A stretch of DNA of 64,000 nucleotides from Spirochaetia bacterium (lineage in GTDB: Bacteria; Spirochaetota; Spirochaetia; DSM-27196; Salinispiraceae). The stretch is taken from positions 96,001 through 160,000 of the forward strand of contig JBBRCZ010000003.1 in the NCBI GenBank assembly GCA_038204425.1, in the 5' to 3' direction. Positions 47,668-57,650 of the stretch are shown here, in pieces (the stretch's first letter is position 1; the number at the start of each line of letters is the position of its first letter). The translations under genes and the position numbers were made by a program. Below the pieces are notes generated by a model, which saw only the letters and a program-made list of their open reading frames with translations, searched no databases and had not been told where the DNA came from.

Positions 47668-49274
47668 GTGATTTGTTGCCAGCACTTGCTCAGCCACCCG
47701 AACAAGAAAGCAAGAAGCTTAGAATTAGCGCGCTAATAGTTATGGCTGGCACCGCTATGAGCAGAGTTCTTGGCTTTGTAAGAAACGCGGTCGTCAGCTA
47801 CTATTTTGGTGGGGCAGGTAAAGTTGACGTACTAAATGCCGTTTTTACCATACCAAATAATCTTCGTAAGCTAGTTGCTGAAGGCGCGCTGTCGTCGGCA
47901 TTTATACCGGTGCTTTCTTCCAGTATTGTTGACAACAAGAGCACGTTACGAAGTAAGGCTCTAGTAGAAACTCTTTTGACTTTTCAGTTTGTGCTCTTGG
48001 TACCGTTTCTGGTTCTTTCTGTCATTTTTTCGCAGCAAATAGTACAATCGATTCTTGGCTTCAGTGAAGCGTCTCAAAAAGAACTTGCTGGTCAGCTTTT
48101 TGCCTACATGATCAATTATGTACTTTTGGTAAGCATTAGCGCCATCCTGATGGCAGTTCTAAATAGTCACAATAATTTTGGTGTATCAGCCTTGGCACCG
48201 CTCATGTTTTCCATAAGCGTAGTTGTCTGTTTGGTGCTTTTTGCTGAAAAACTTTCCGTCTACGCACAGGTAATTGGTGTTTTATTTGGCGGTATTTTAC
48301 AGTTGGCGGTCCAGATCCCATCTGTGCTAAAACTTGGCTACCGGCTACGACTAAACTTTTCTTTCTTTAAGAACGACGACTTTAAAGCCGTCCTGCGACT
48401 TTGGGGGCCAGTTTTAATAACCTCGGCTGTGTTTTCTATCAATGAGATGATAGCCATATATTTTGCGTCCGCCTTGAGCCCCGGGAGTACTACTGCTATG
48501 CAAAATGCACTGGTATTCTGGCAGCTTCCCTTTGGCATCTTCTCGGCCAGCATAAGCACTATCCTCTTTCCCCGCATGTCCAGGCAGATCGCCAACGACG
48601 ATACCAGGGAACTAAAAAAGACGGTTGACTATGGTGTCTCTATGTTGATCTATCTCTTGGTTCCTTCCACGGTGGCGTTAATGGCTTGGGGAGAGGGTCT
48701 AATTAGTGTAGCTCTACAGCGCGGGGCCTTTACTTATGTTCATAGTCAAATGGCTGCAGATGTGCTCTTTGCCTATGCAAGTGGTTTGTTGTTTAGTGGT
48801 TTAGTAGGTTTCTTTCAGCGTTTTTTTTACGCCAACAAGAGTAACAAAGCTCCTCTTATAGCAGCCATTTTGATCCTTGCCAGTGATGTGATCGCAAGTA
48901 TAATCTTTATACAACTTGGCTTCGGTGTAAAGGGACTGGCCTATGCCAACACCATTGCGGGATTCTTGGGACTTATTGTTTTGTTTTTTTATGTCAGAAG
49001 GCGCTTGAATGGTATAAATATCCGCTCTCTACTAAAAAGTTTGTTATTAGCAGGGCTTTCATGTGTTCCTATGGTAGTAATAGCTTTATTTGCAAAGGAT
49101 TGGCTAGATACTATTTGGCGGCAGGGAAGCACTTGGCATGGCCTGTGGATTTTGGCAGCACTACTCTTAGCAAGTATGGTAAGCGTACTAGCTTTGTACC
49201 TTGTCACGGGAGTAAAAGTTGTCGATCTTTTGAGAAGAAGAGGCAAAAAAAATGAAGAACAAATCAAGAACTAG
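47664..49274 (+). CDS. murJ: Lipid II flippase MurJ
   Basis: SRVLGFVR, PNNLRKLVAEGALSSAFIP, QLPFGIF, many TM helices. Confidence 0.95.
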   Translation: MSDLLPALAQPPEQESKKLRISALIVMAGTAMSRVLGFVRNAVVSYYFGGAGKVDVLNAVFTIPNNLRKLVAEGALSSAFIPVLSSSIVDNKSTLRSKALVETLLTFQFVLLVPFLVLSVIFSQQIVQSILGFSEASQKELAGQLFAYMINYVLLVSISAILMAVLNSHNNFGVSALAPLMFSISVVVCLVLFAEKLSVYAQVIGVLFGGILQLAVQIPSVLKLGYRLRLNFSFFKNDDFKAVLRLWGPVLITSAVFSINEMIAIYFASALSPGSTTAMQNALVFWQLPFGIFSASISTILFPRMSRQIANDDTRELKKTVDYGVSMLIYLLVPSTVALMAWGEGLISVALQRGAFTYVHSQMAADVLFAYASGLLFSGLVGFFQRFFYANKSNKAPLIAAILILASDVIASIIFIQLGFGVKGLAYANTIAGFLGLIVLFFYVRRRLNGINIRSLLKSLLLAGLSCVPMVVIALFAKDWLDTIWRQGSTWHGLWILAALLLASMVSVLALYLVTGVKVVDLLRRRGKKNEEQIKN

Positions 49275-50664
49275 TCAGCTCTTGTCTGATATTCCCGCGA
49301 AATTGGTTTTGATTTTAATCACTCTTTTTCCGTTTACAAGTTTGGTTGCTCAAGATGTCGTCAAGTTGGATGAAGACAGTACTACCACAACGCTGGCCCC
49401 AAATGTGGAAGAGCTTAATCTTGGAGAAGCACGGCGGATTCTAAAATTTGGTACTAATGCTGCGGTACTATCAGTTGTGCAGCAGGCTATTGGCAACAAA
49501 GACGAGAGAGTCCGCGACGATATTCTATCCCTTTTTGACGCGATCGATGACAACGTTCGCGTAAAGGTGCTCGAGTATGGCCGAGTACTAAATATTTTTG
49601 ATTTGAGAAAAAGAGCTATTATGGTCCTGGAGAACTACAATGACAATAGCCCGGCCCTCAATCGAGAGATTTGTAGCTTTTTGCTGGCCAGCAAAGTAAA
49701 AGCAGACCAAAATTTGATTGATGTGCTTTTGGAAATTTGTCAGTCAAGTCGACCCGAGTTGCAGGCTGCGGCAATTTCTGCTCTGGCTGAGCTTGCTCCA
49801 CCTGCGACCGTAACTGATCTTATCAAACTATTTAAGCAGTCCAATATAAGTACCAACATCAGGGTAGAGATTCTAAAGGCACTTGGTATTCTTACAACGG
49901 AGGATGGTACCGTATTTTTGCGCACCATTGCGTCAGACAGCTCGGAAGAAAAGTCCCTGCAAAATCAAGCTCTTAGCTCACTTGGAAAGATTGGCGACCA
50001 AAGTAGTCTTGAGATTATCAAGGCAGCATTCACCAGCCCTGACGCGTTTCGTAGGGCCAGTGCAATTTCTGCCTTAACTGGGTATGACTTTGATAAAGTA
50101 GAAATTTTTTGGAGACAAGCATTAAGAGACGGCTATTGGCGAAATCGTAGCAATGTCTTGACGGCACTTGCAGATAAAAAAATAGAATCCTTTCTCGATG
50201 CCTATATTTTTATGTCTGAAAAAGATCTTGAACAGCCAGTCAGGATAGAAGCTTTTAAGGCTATCGCAGCATTTGGAAATGCCAAGGCTTGGGATTATTT
50301 GCTCAAAATCCTAGAAAATAAGCAAGCGCCCACCAATAGTAGAATCGTGGTTGTGGAACTTTTGGTAAGCCAGAATTTCGCCGCATCGGTACCCGCACTT
50401 ATGAGAATTTTAAATCAGGAATGGAGCAACGAAAAGTCTGCGTTGGTTCAGGCTATTGCCAGTCGTGCGAGCCAAAAGAAGGATTCTGCGGGCGGTCCAA
50501 TTTTTGAAAAAATGCTGAGTCATCCAAATATCGGTATTCGAGTAGCTGCGATTAGGGCTATCCAAGCCGCTGGTCTTGGCGTCTATCGTCAGCAACTTGA
50601 GAGTATGATCCCCAGTGGTGGTTCTATTAAGAGTGCCGTTGAGGATGCGCTCAAAACACTATAA
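49252..50664 (+). CDS. HEAT-repeat protein, probably exported
   Basis: Hydrophobic N-terminus and repeated R..A..AL helical motifs. Confidence 0.8.
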   Translation: MKNKSRTSQLLSDIPAKLVLILITLFPFTSLVAQDVVKLDEDSTTTTLAPNVEELNLGEARRILKFGTNAAVLSVVQQAIGNKDERVRDDILSLFDAIDDNVRVKVLEYGRVLNIFDLRKRAIMVLENYNDNSPALNREICSFLLASKVKADQNLIDVLLEICQSSRPELQAAAISALAELAPPATVTDLIKLFKQSNISTNIRVEILKALGILTTEDGTVFLRTIASDSSEEKSLQNQALSSLGKIGDQSSLEIIKAAFTSPDAFRRASAISALTGYDFDKVEIFWRQALRDGYWRNRSNVLTALADKKIESFLDAYIFMSEKDLEQPVRIEAFKAIAAFGNAKAWDYLLKILENKQAPTNSRIVVVELLVSQNFAASVPALMRILNQEWSNEKSALVQAIASRASQKKDSAGGPIFEKMLSHPNIGIRVAAIRAIQAAGLGVYRQQLESMIPSGGSIKSAVEDALKTL

Positions 50665-50691
50665 AAAAACTGCCCGATTGCTCGGGCAGTT
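50663..50691 (-). terminator. Intrinsic terminator after greA
   Basis: AACTGCCCGA/TCGGGCAGTT stem with a T tail on the minus strand. Confidence 0.8.
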
Positions 50692-50714
50692 GCAATTGAT
50701 TGCTTTACAGAATC

Positions 50715-53471
50715 TTATACGGTCAATTGGGTTGTAGTCTTGATCTTTGTCAAATCTGCCTTAACAATTGACTTTATTGAGTATTGATAGGTTCTCTCAT
50801 TAATAACAAACTTAAGTTTTTCGCCTGGTCCTTTTCGGTAGATCTCAGCACCAAAAGGAGAAAGGTAACTAATTACGCCCTCATCTGGGTTTGATTCCCA
50901 TGGACCCATAATCGTATAAGTTTCTTCGGTCTTGGTATCTTCGTTGATTAAGAGCACCTTGGTTCCAAAACCAACCCTGCTTGCGTCAACTTCTTCGATG
51001 TTAAAGGCCTTGGCGTGGTCGAGTTCGTTCTTCCACTTAGCAGCTGTAGCATTAAGAATTTCTTGGCGCTCTTTGGCAGCTTTGTACTCTGCGTTTTCCT
51101 TAAGGTCGCCAAAATCGCGAGCGATAGAAATCTCCTTGGAATTCTTCGCAACTTCGACTTCCTGCAAGTTTTGAAGTGCACGACTTTTTTCTTCATAAGA
51201 GTGGTAAAGCGCAAAGAATGTGCTGCGGTTCGAAGTCTCAATTTCTCGATCTTTGTCGTTCTCACCCTTAAACTTGAAGTCCGGAAATCGCTTTTTGATC
51301 AGAGTCTTAGCTTGGCGAGAAAACTCATGCTCAACTCCCCGTGACTCTTCCATTAAGTTGTAGACTCGTCCAATACCGTCTTTGTCAGCACTGCCTAAGT
51401 AATCTATGAGCATGTTTTCCTTAAACAGAATTGTAGAAGCCTGGCGGTTGAGTCGACGGTTTTCGCTCAGATCTTTCTTGTTTTCCAGTTCACGCGCCGT
51501 GATGTCTAGTAAGTGAATTAGTGCTATCAAAATCTTGTCGGACGGAATGTTGAGTTCTTTAAACCATTCTTCTTCCCGACAGTTCTTGAGAAACCAAACG
51601 GCGACCTCACGATTGTCTCTATAAGCAGTAAAAGCATTGGTGAACAATTCTTGAACCTTATCGGTATAGCCTGCTTTTATCAAATCATTGATATTGTCTT
51701 TGTGAAGTTGCAGTGGAAGCAAGCGCAGATAAATTGGAGGCCAGTTTTTAGTATGTTTTCGAATTATGCCGAGAAATTCTCTGCGTAACTCTGCATTATT
51801 TAGTCTAAGGAATACTGCTTCGGTGTCAGGTCCCAACGCTTCAATGGCTTCTCTAAAGTTAAGATTGACTCCAGGATTGAGGAAGTTAAAGTGCTCAATG
51901 ACTGATCTGACAACCAACATCGAACCCAAAGTAAACTCGTTGACCTGACTCATGTTTCGAACGTAGGCAACAAAGTAGCCAAACATTTCCCTGAACAAAT
52001 CTGACTCCACTGATGATTGTTGATCTTGATCCTGAACAAAGCCCAGAAATTCTTGCAGAATCTTGATTCTATTGAAAAACTCTTTTTCTGCCTTAAATCG
52101 ATTAAAGAACTTTTCTTCCAAACTAATCGGCTGCTCACGAACCATATATACATCTGGTTTGTCTGGCATGTTGCCAAAGGATTCGTCTGTTTTGAGCAAC
52201 TGACGAGCTTTGCTGCTCCAAGAGGTCCATTCGTTTGGTTCTAAGAGTTTAGAATCAGCAAGTTCGAGTTTTACCCGTTTCATGTCAGCTTGGTTATCAA
52301 AACTCTTGATTATGGTCTTTAGAGCCCAGATTGGATCCTTAAGAACTTTCTTTTTTAGTTCATCTTTCTTTTGAGTTGTGCGACAAACCCAAATGTGATC
52401 TTTGCCCAAAATTGTCAGCGCACTGACTGCCAACTTAAGTGACATCTTGTGACCCTTGGTTTTAATAAAGTCGATGGTAATAAAATCATCTTTGATTTCC
52501 ATTATTCGACCTACACCCCATGTTCTATGGTGGACGTAGTTGCCAGCATCAAATGAAATGTGCTTTTCAAAGTCAGCAATAGCATCGTGAACACTTCTCC
52601 AAGAAGCACCGATGTTGGACATGCGCAAGCATTCTTCAAGTTGACTATGATTTTGATGCTTGTTTCGATAGCAAATAACCAGTTCGTTGCGGGCAGTTGG
52701 ACTCTTAGGGTCGTAGTTTACAATTTTCTTGAGGATATCAAGCGCTATGTCCCATTTTTCAGCTGCCTTATAGGCAGGATAAAGGTCTTCGAGCAATTGT
52801 ACGGCCCGGTCTTCTCCCAAGACCTTGGATGCCTTGCCCTCAGCATGAAAAAAGAACTCTACTTCTTCGCTGGCTAAGTCGATTAGTTTTTTCCAGATTT
52901 CGCGAACCTGGCTAAACATCTTGCGATTGATGTAGCGGTGAAGGGCTTTCTTGTAGAATTGGATCGCTTCTTCTGTCTTGCCAAGACCCTCGGCACGTTC
53001 TGCCAACAATTTAACGATATCTGCTTCTTCGTAGTCAACACGAATCAGTTTTTCCCAGACTTCGTATTTTTTGGTTTCATTAGATTCTGCTTCATAGCAC
53101 TTGGCAAGCGTGCGGTAGGCGTGTTTATTTTCGCCAAAGCCAAGAATTCTTTCAGCCAATGATTCTACTATCTTCCAACGATTGTTCTCAATAAAAATAT
53201 TGATCAGAATTAGCAAATTGGCGTCGTTGATAGACTGTTTGGTTAAGTTAATGATGCCTGAAATATAGAGGGCTATGATGCTGTTTTTGCTGAGCTGCAT
53301 GTGTTCTTCACACAGAGCCAAAATTTCTTCTTGACATTTCTGTTCGAAAACTTCTTCCAGAAGCTCGTCCAATTCCTTGAAAACTTGGGTAGTGTAGTTT
53401 CCAATTGTAGCCCTGGTCCACTTCTCCTGATGGAGTTGTTCGGTGATCATGGAGATAAGCTGTTCAGACAT
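50715..53471 (-). CDS. greA: Transcription elongation factor GreA with long N-terminal TPR-like extension
   Basis: C-terminal EI..AR.FGDLKENAEY.AAK, GFGT, ISYLSPFG. About 750 aa of helical N-terminus. Confidence 0.92.
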   Translation of the reverse strand: MSEQLISMITEQLHQEKWTRATIGNYTTQVFKELDELLEEVFEQKCQEEILALCEEHMQLSKNSIIALYISGIINLTKQSINDANLLILINIFIENNRWKIVESLAERILGFGENKHAYRTLAKCYEAESNETKKYEVWEKLIRVDYEEADIVKLLAERAEGLGKTEEAIQFYKKALHRYINRKMFSQVREIWKKLIDLASEEVEFFFHAEGKASKVLGEDRAVQLLEDLYPAYKAAEKWDIALDILKKIVNYDPKSPTARNELVICYRNKHQNHSQLEECLRMSNIGASWRSVHDAIADFEKHISFDAGNYVHHRTWGVGRIMEIKDDFITIDFIKTKGHKMSLKLAVSALTILGKDHIWVCRTTQKKDELKKKVLKDPIWALKTIIKSFDNQADMKRVKLELADSKLLEPNEWTSWSSKARQLLKTDESFGNMPDKPDVYMVREQPISLEEKFFNRFKAEKEFFNRIKILQEFLGFVQDQDQQSSVESDLFREMFGYFVAYVRNMSQVNEFTLGSMLVVRSVIEHFNFLNPGVNLNFREAIEALGPDTEAVFLRLNNAELRREFLGIIRKHTKNWPPIYLRLLPLQLHKDNINDLIKAGYTDKVQELFTNAFTAYRDNREVAVWFLKNCREEEWFKELNIPSDKILIALIHLLDITARELENKKDLSENRRLNRQASTILFKENMLIDYLGSADKDGIGRVYNLMEESRGVEHEFSRQAKTLIKKRFPDFKFKGENDKDREIETSNRSTFFALYHSYEEKSRALQNLQEVEVAKNSKEISIARDFGDLKENAEYKAAKERQEILNATAAKWKNELDHAKAFNIEEVDASRVGFGTKVLLINEDTKTEETYTIMGPWESNPDEGVISYLSPFGAEIYRKGPGEKLKFVINERTYQYSIKSIVKADLTKIKTTTQLTV

Positions 53472-53552
53472 TAATGCGAACTCCTAAAGTTACGGTCTGT
53501 CACATGGGATTACCGTTTTTTTATTTATTACAATACTATACCCCGAAAGTAT

Positions 53553-54485
53553 TCAGCTTGTATACTGCTCATAAATACGAGGAGCCAGTCCCTTAATTTT
53601 GAGCAAGAGTTCTTTTATTCGTTTTTGTTCGTCCGAGGAGCGCTGGTAGTAATCAAGTAGCCAAAAATATTTGTTGACCAAGCGAGGAATTTGTAGGTCT
53701 TTTTCTACGGTTCCGTCCATCAGTTCTCGTTCAAGTTGGTAAATCGCTTGCAGAAGTTTGCCATATTCTAGCGCTCGCAACTCGCGACTTACGTTAAAGA
53801 CACCCAAAAGTTGGCCATAGATTGGTATCCATTCATTGACGAGTTTGCCCACATAACCGTCTTTTTTGACAGACTCAATGATTTTTCTAATTAAACCACT
53901 ATCTAAAGTTTCCAATCTAATCTGTTGAGCATCAATAAAAAAAGCTTCTCTAAAAACGACCTTGGATAGGTCGGGTTCATTTACGAGTGCATAGGCATCG
54001 GCCAACTCGGCCAGAATTTGAGGGTCATCTTTCCTGTTTTTGTTGGCTCCCTCCAAAAAGCGGACTGCCATATCAAAGTTACCGAGACACTTAAAACATA
54101 TGCCCATCCGTGACAGAATCTCAGGATCATGGGCTCCAGCCTCGTTGTTATAAACTGACAAAAAGCGCATAGCGCGTCCAAAAACGTACTGCCTGATTCC
54201 ATAAAGAATCCGGTCGTCTTCCAGGCCAATGCGGTCTTTAAAAGCTTGAAAGTTGGACCATTGGCTAATGAGTAGCTCACATTTTTCAAAGTTGCTTTCT
54301 GCCTGATCGAGCAAGCCTTGTCTTTCATGCCAGTAAATCAAATATTTTAAAAAGCCAAGAACAATTGGATCCTCAAAGTCCAAAGCTAGTGCCTGGTCAA
54401 GGGCCTTGCGTGCTTTTTGCAGGTCGTGATCCTTAAGCGCGTCTAGAGAGAGGTTTAGATAGTGACTTGCAGACAATCGTTCCAT
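53553..54485 (-). CDS. TPR-repeat protein
   Basis: TPR-like helices (G.CFK.LGNFD.A..FLE.A; LADAYAL). Confidence 0.78.
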   Translation of the reverse strand: MERLSASHYLNLSLDALKDHDLQKARKALDQALALDFEDPIVLGFLKYLIYWHERQGLLDQAESNFEKCELLISQWSNFQAFKDRIGLEDDRILYGIRQYVFGRAMRFLSVYNNEAGAHDPEILSRMGICFKCLGNFDMAVRFLEGANKNRKDDPQILAELADAYALVNEPDLSKVVFREAFFIDAQQIRLETLDSGLIRKIIESVKKDGYVGKLVNEWIPIYGQLLGVFNVSRELRALEYGKLLQAIYQLERELMDGTVEKDLQIPRLVNKYFWLLDYYQRSSDEQKRIKELLLKIKGLAPRIYEQYTS

Positions 54486-54521
54486 AGTGTCGATTGAATT
54501 ATACCTTTTGAAGTGGCAAAG

Positions 54522-56024
54522 TCAATCAAGCTGCTTTGATGCGTAAGTCTGCATGTCAAACTTCCGCTCAAGACCTTTATCATTCATATATCGAACAGTT
54601 CCAAAAATTGGCCTAGATGACCATGGGCGGTCGTGGACACCAAAACACCATGCGATGCCGGTATAACCGTTGGCGTCTCTGCCATCAAGTTGATAGCGGT
54701 CGTTTAGATAAACTGCAATATCATAGGCCTCACGAGGACTAGAGCTCCACTCAATAATTTTCTTGCCCCAATACATACGCATATAGCCGTGCATGCTTGC
54801 ATGATCTAGTAATTGTTTCTGGGCAGCATTCCACCAGCGGTCATGCGTCTGGGCTTGTTCGAGTTGCTTGAGACTGTAAGTATAAGGACGCGGGTCAGCA
54901 CCATGACTTAAGAGGCTTGCTTTGGCCCAAGGGCTTATACCTTCAAACGACTTGTAGTGTGGATTGTAGTTGACATAGTTAATGGCCAGTTCACGACGCA
55001 CGACTAGCTGCTCAAAAAAAGCACTTGCTGCTAAGGTTAGGCGTTGATGATAGGGGTTGAGTATTTCCAAGGCTCTGAAGTACTTGGCTTCTTGATGCGG
55101 TCTATAGTCAAAAACAATGCCTTCCTGATTGAGAAAGTCTAACACTTGTGCCAAAATATCGGAAACCGCTACGTGGCCAAAATGGATCCAGGCCGACAAT
55201 TGACTGGACGCATCCAAGGCTGGATCGTTATGTTTGAGATGGTAGTACTCTAACTTAAACTGTAAAAATCTATCAAGAGCTGACTGGGCTGCTTGTGCTC
55301 CTCCGTGGAGAAGCAAGGACTTTGCACCACTCACTTGTCCCAAATAGCGTTGTTCTACTAGCTGCCATTGGTCTAGGCTGCGCCAGACCTTAGCGCTGGC
55401 TTTGGTCTGCGCTTGAGACTGATGTCGCGGTACTGTATAAACCGTAGCCAATGAATCCGTCTTGACGCTATCGGTTTCCATTGCGACGGGGAAATGTTTC
55501 ATTATAGCTGGCCTAAAGACAGCCGCTGACCAGGCTTGCTTTGGGTAAGCAAGCTTAGCGGCAACCATGCTATCTGCTTCAATTTGGACACAGTCGCAGC
55601 CGCTTTGCTTGCTTGCGAGCGTCTCGATTAACACCGTGCGCCATTGTTTTTGCCAGTCAAGATAGCCAGTATCAAGTACAATCAAGCTCGCTTGCACTTG
55701 ATCAACTAGTTCAAATACGCGCTGAGCCGGGTTAGTGTATTCAGAAACAAGCACTACAAATTCCAGCCGGTCAGCTTCAAAACGAGCACGCGTTTCTTGT
55801 ATGCCTTCAAGTAGAAAACGATAGTGACTTGCATGTGCATTGGGTACATGTGGTGAAGTAACAAAAATCGTAACTAAGTCCCGACCTCTGCGGCCGGACT
55901 CCAAAAGTGCAAAATCCAAACAAAGATTATTATTTCTTCGTGCTGAGGCTTGCATCCAGTAGATGACGGGTCCCCGTTTATTTTCTTGAGCCTTGATATG
56001 CCACTGAACCCGGCTTGCTTCCAT
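54522..56024 (-). CDS. Class II CPD DNA photolyase
   Basis: VIYWM..S.R..NN, SQLSAWIHFGH, E..VRRELA.N, THD..WNAAQ, MHGYMRMYWGKKIIEW, DGRDANG, HDRPW. Confidence 0.93.
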   Translation of the reverse strand: MEASRVQWHIKAQENKRGPVIYWMQASARRNNNLCLDFALLESGRRGRDLVTIFVTSPHVPNAHASHYRFLLEGIQETRARFEADRLEFVVLVSEYTNPAQRVFELVDQVQASLIVLDTGYLDWQKQWRTVLIETLASKQSGCDCVQIEADSMVAAKLAYPKQAWSAAVFRPAIMKHFPVAMETDSVKTDSLATVYTVPRHQSQAQTKASAKVWRSLDQWQLVEQRYLGQVSGAKSLLLHGGAQAAQSALDRFLQFKLEYYHLKHNDPALDASSQLSAWIHFGHVAVSDILAQVLDFLNQEGIVFDYRPHQEAKYFRALEILNPYHQRLTLAASAFFEQLVVRRELAINYVNYNPHYKSFEGISPWAKASLLSHGADPRPYTYSLKQLEQAQTHDRWWNAAQKQLLDHASMHGYMRMYWGKKIIEWSSSPREAYDIAVYLNDRYQLDGRDANGYTGIAWCFGVHDRPWSSRPIFGTVRYMNDKGLERKFDMQTYASKQLD

Positions 56025-56144
56025 AACTCAATGGTAAACACGTCTCTGGAAATATGTCAGCCATTTTTGGCACATTTTGAAAACAAATTGCACTGGCGCA
56101 GGGGGTCTTCTTCTATTGATTTTGCTTGTGCTATAATTGCCTTT

Positions 56145-57647
56145 ATGGCCAGTTTGCCGGAAGAAACCTGTCGTGTGCTACTTGTCGACGATGAACCACT
56201 CTCAAGTCGCATCAACGCCTACATTGTCAAAGAGTCGGGCTTTGGAACTGCGCAACAATGTAACGATTCACGACAAGTGCTAAGTCTTTTGCGCGATGGA
56301 ATTTACGATGTTATATTCTTGGATCTCAACATGCCTTACCTGACGGGTCAAGAACTGCTGGATCAGATTGGACCTGAGTTTCCTGACATTCCAGTAATTA
56401 TCCTTACCAACGAAGACAAGGTCGAAACGGCCGTCGAGTGTATGAAGCGTGGCGCTTTTGACTTTATGACCAAGCCCATTGATCGCAACCGCTTTTTGTC
56501 GGCTCTTAGACACGCTGTGACCATAAAACAGCTCAAGCAAGAAGTCAAACTGCTTTCGTCGCGTCGTGATGACCACGATTTGGTTCATCCTGAGCTTTTT
56601 TCTGCAATAATTACTCGTTCTCCTTTAATGAAGTCAGTTTTTCTTTATATGGAAGCTATATCAGCAAGTCCGCGCACGTTACTAATTACTGGAGAAAGTG
56701 GTACCGGTAAGGAACGTATTGCAGAAATAGTGCACAAGCTTTCTGGTCGGACGGGTAACTTTGTACCGATCAACGTAGCTGGTCTGGATGAAACCGTTTT
56801 TTCTGATTCTTTATTTGGGCACTTGCGCGGCTCATATACCGGTGCCGAGGGGGCAAGAAAAGGTCTGGTGGAACAAGCTAAGCACGGCACGCTCTTTTTG
56901 GACGAAATAGGTGACCTCGACAGCGGCGCCCAGATTAAACTACTACGACTTCTGCAAGAAGGAGAATACTATCCGCTAGGTAGCGACACCGCCATGAAGT
57001 CACAAGCGCGTGTGGTAGCCGCTACCAATGCTAACCTGCACGAGAGCCAAGCCAATGGTTCTTTTAGAAAGGACCTCTATTATCGCTTAATAGCGCATCA
57101 AATTGTACTTCCGCCCTTGCGCGAACGACTTGAAGACATTCCACTCTTGCTAGAGAGTTTTGTTGCTGAGGCTTCTGCTGCTCTGGCTAGACCTGCCCCG
57201 GCAATCGATGAATCGCTATGTTCAGCATTGCAAGAGCATAAGTTCCCAGGAAACATCAGAGAGCTGCAAGCTCAAGTTTTTGATGCTGTAGGTAAAAGCA
57301 AAGGCTCAGTTTTGCGGCCGGAGCACTTCGGACTTAACAAACCAGTGCTGCTTGGTCAATCAATAGATGCCGCCATCAAAGAAACTTTGCAGCCAGAAAG
57401 TGATGATGCAATTATTAGCCAAGTCCACAATAGGGTTCTCACCGAAGACCCCGTAGCAAGCTTAGCCAAAATCAAAAAGATCCTCAGTGAAGATGGGCTA
57501 CCCAGGTTAGATCAGTTAGAATCCATACTCTTTGAATTGGCCCTCAAAAAAAAGGCTGGTAATCAAAGCGCTGCTTCCCATATAATTGGCGTATCACAGT
57601 CAACACTTTCTCGTTGGCTGCGCACCCAAGCTGAAGTAAAGGATTAA
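56145..57647 (+). CDS. NtrC-family sigma54 response regulator (REC-AAA+-HTH)
   Basis: VDDE, DLNMP, GESGTGKE, GSYTGA, LFLDEIG, FRKDLYYRL, FPGNIREL, HTH. ATG 56145 lies 7 nt after TGcTATAAT. Confidence 0.93.
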   Translation: MASLPEETCRVLLVDDEPLSSRINAYIVKESGFGTAQQCNDSRQVLSLLRDGIYDVIFLDLNMPYLTGQELLDQIGPEFPDIPVIILTNEDKVETAVECMKRGAFDFMTKPIDRNRFLSALRHAVTIKQLKQEVKLLSSRRDDHDLVHPELFSAIITRSPLMKSVFLYMEAISASPRTLLITGESGTGKERIAEIVHKLSGRTGNFVPINVAGLDETVFSDSLFGHLRGSYTGAEGARKGLVEQAKHGTLFLDEIGDLDSGAQIKLLRLLQEGEYYPLGSDTAMKSQARVVAATNANLHESQANGSFRKDLYYRLIAHQIVLPPLRERLEDIPLLLESFVAEASAALARPAPAIDESLCSALQEHKFPGNIRELQAQVFDAVGKSKGSVLRPEHFGLNKPVLLGQSIDAAIKETLQPESDDAIISQVHNRVLTEDPVASLAKIKKILSEDGLPRLDQLESILFELALKKKAGNQSAASHIIGVSQSTLSRWLRTQAEVKD

Positions 57648-57650
57648 TTT

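Noticed and set aside
53490..53530. Hairpin plus T run upstream of greA as an attenuator
   Set aside because: The T run is on the strand opposite to greA transcription and the stem is weak.
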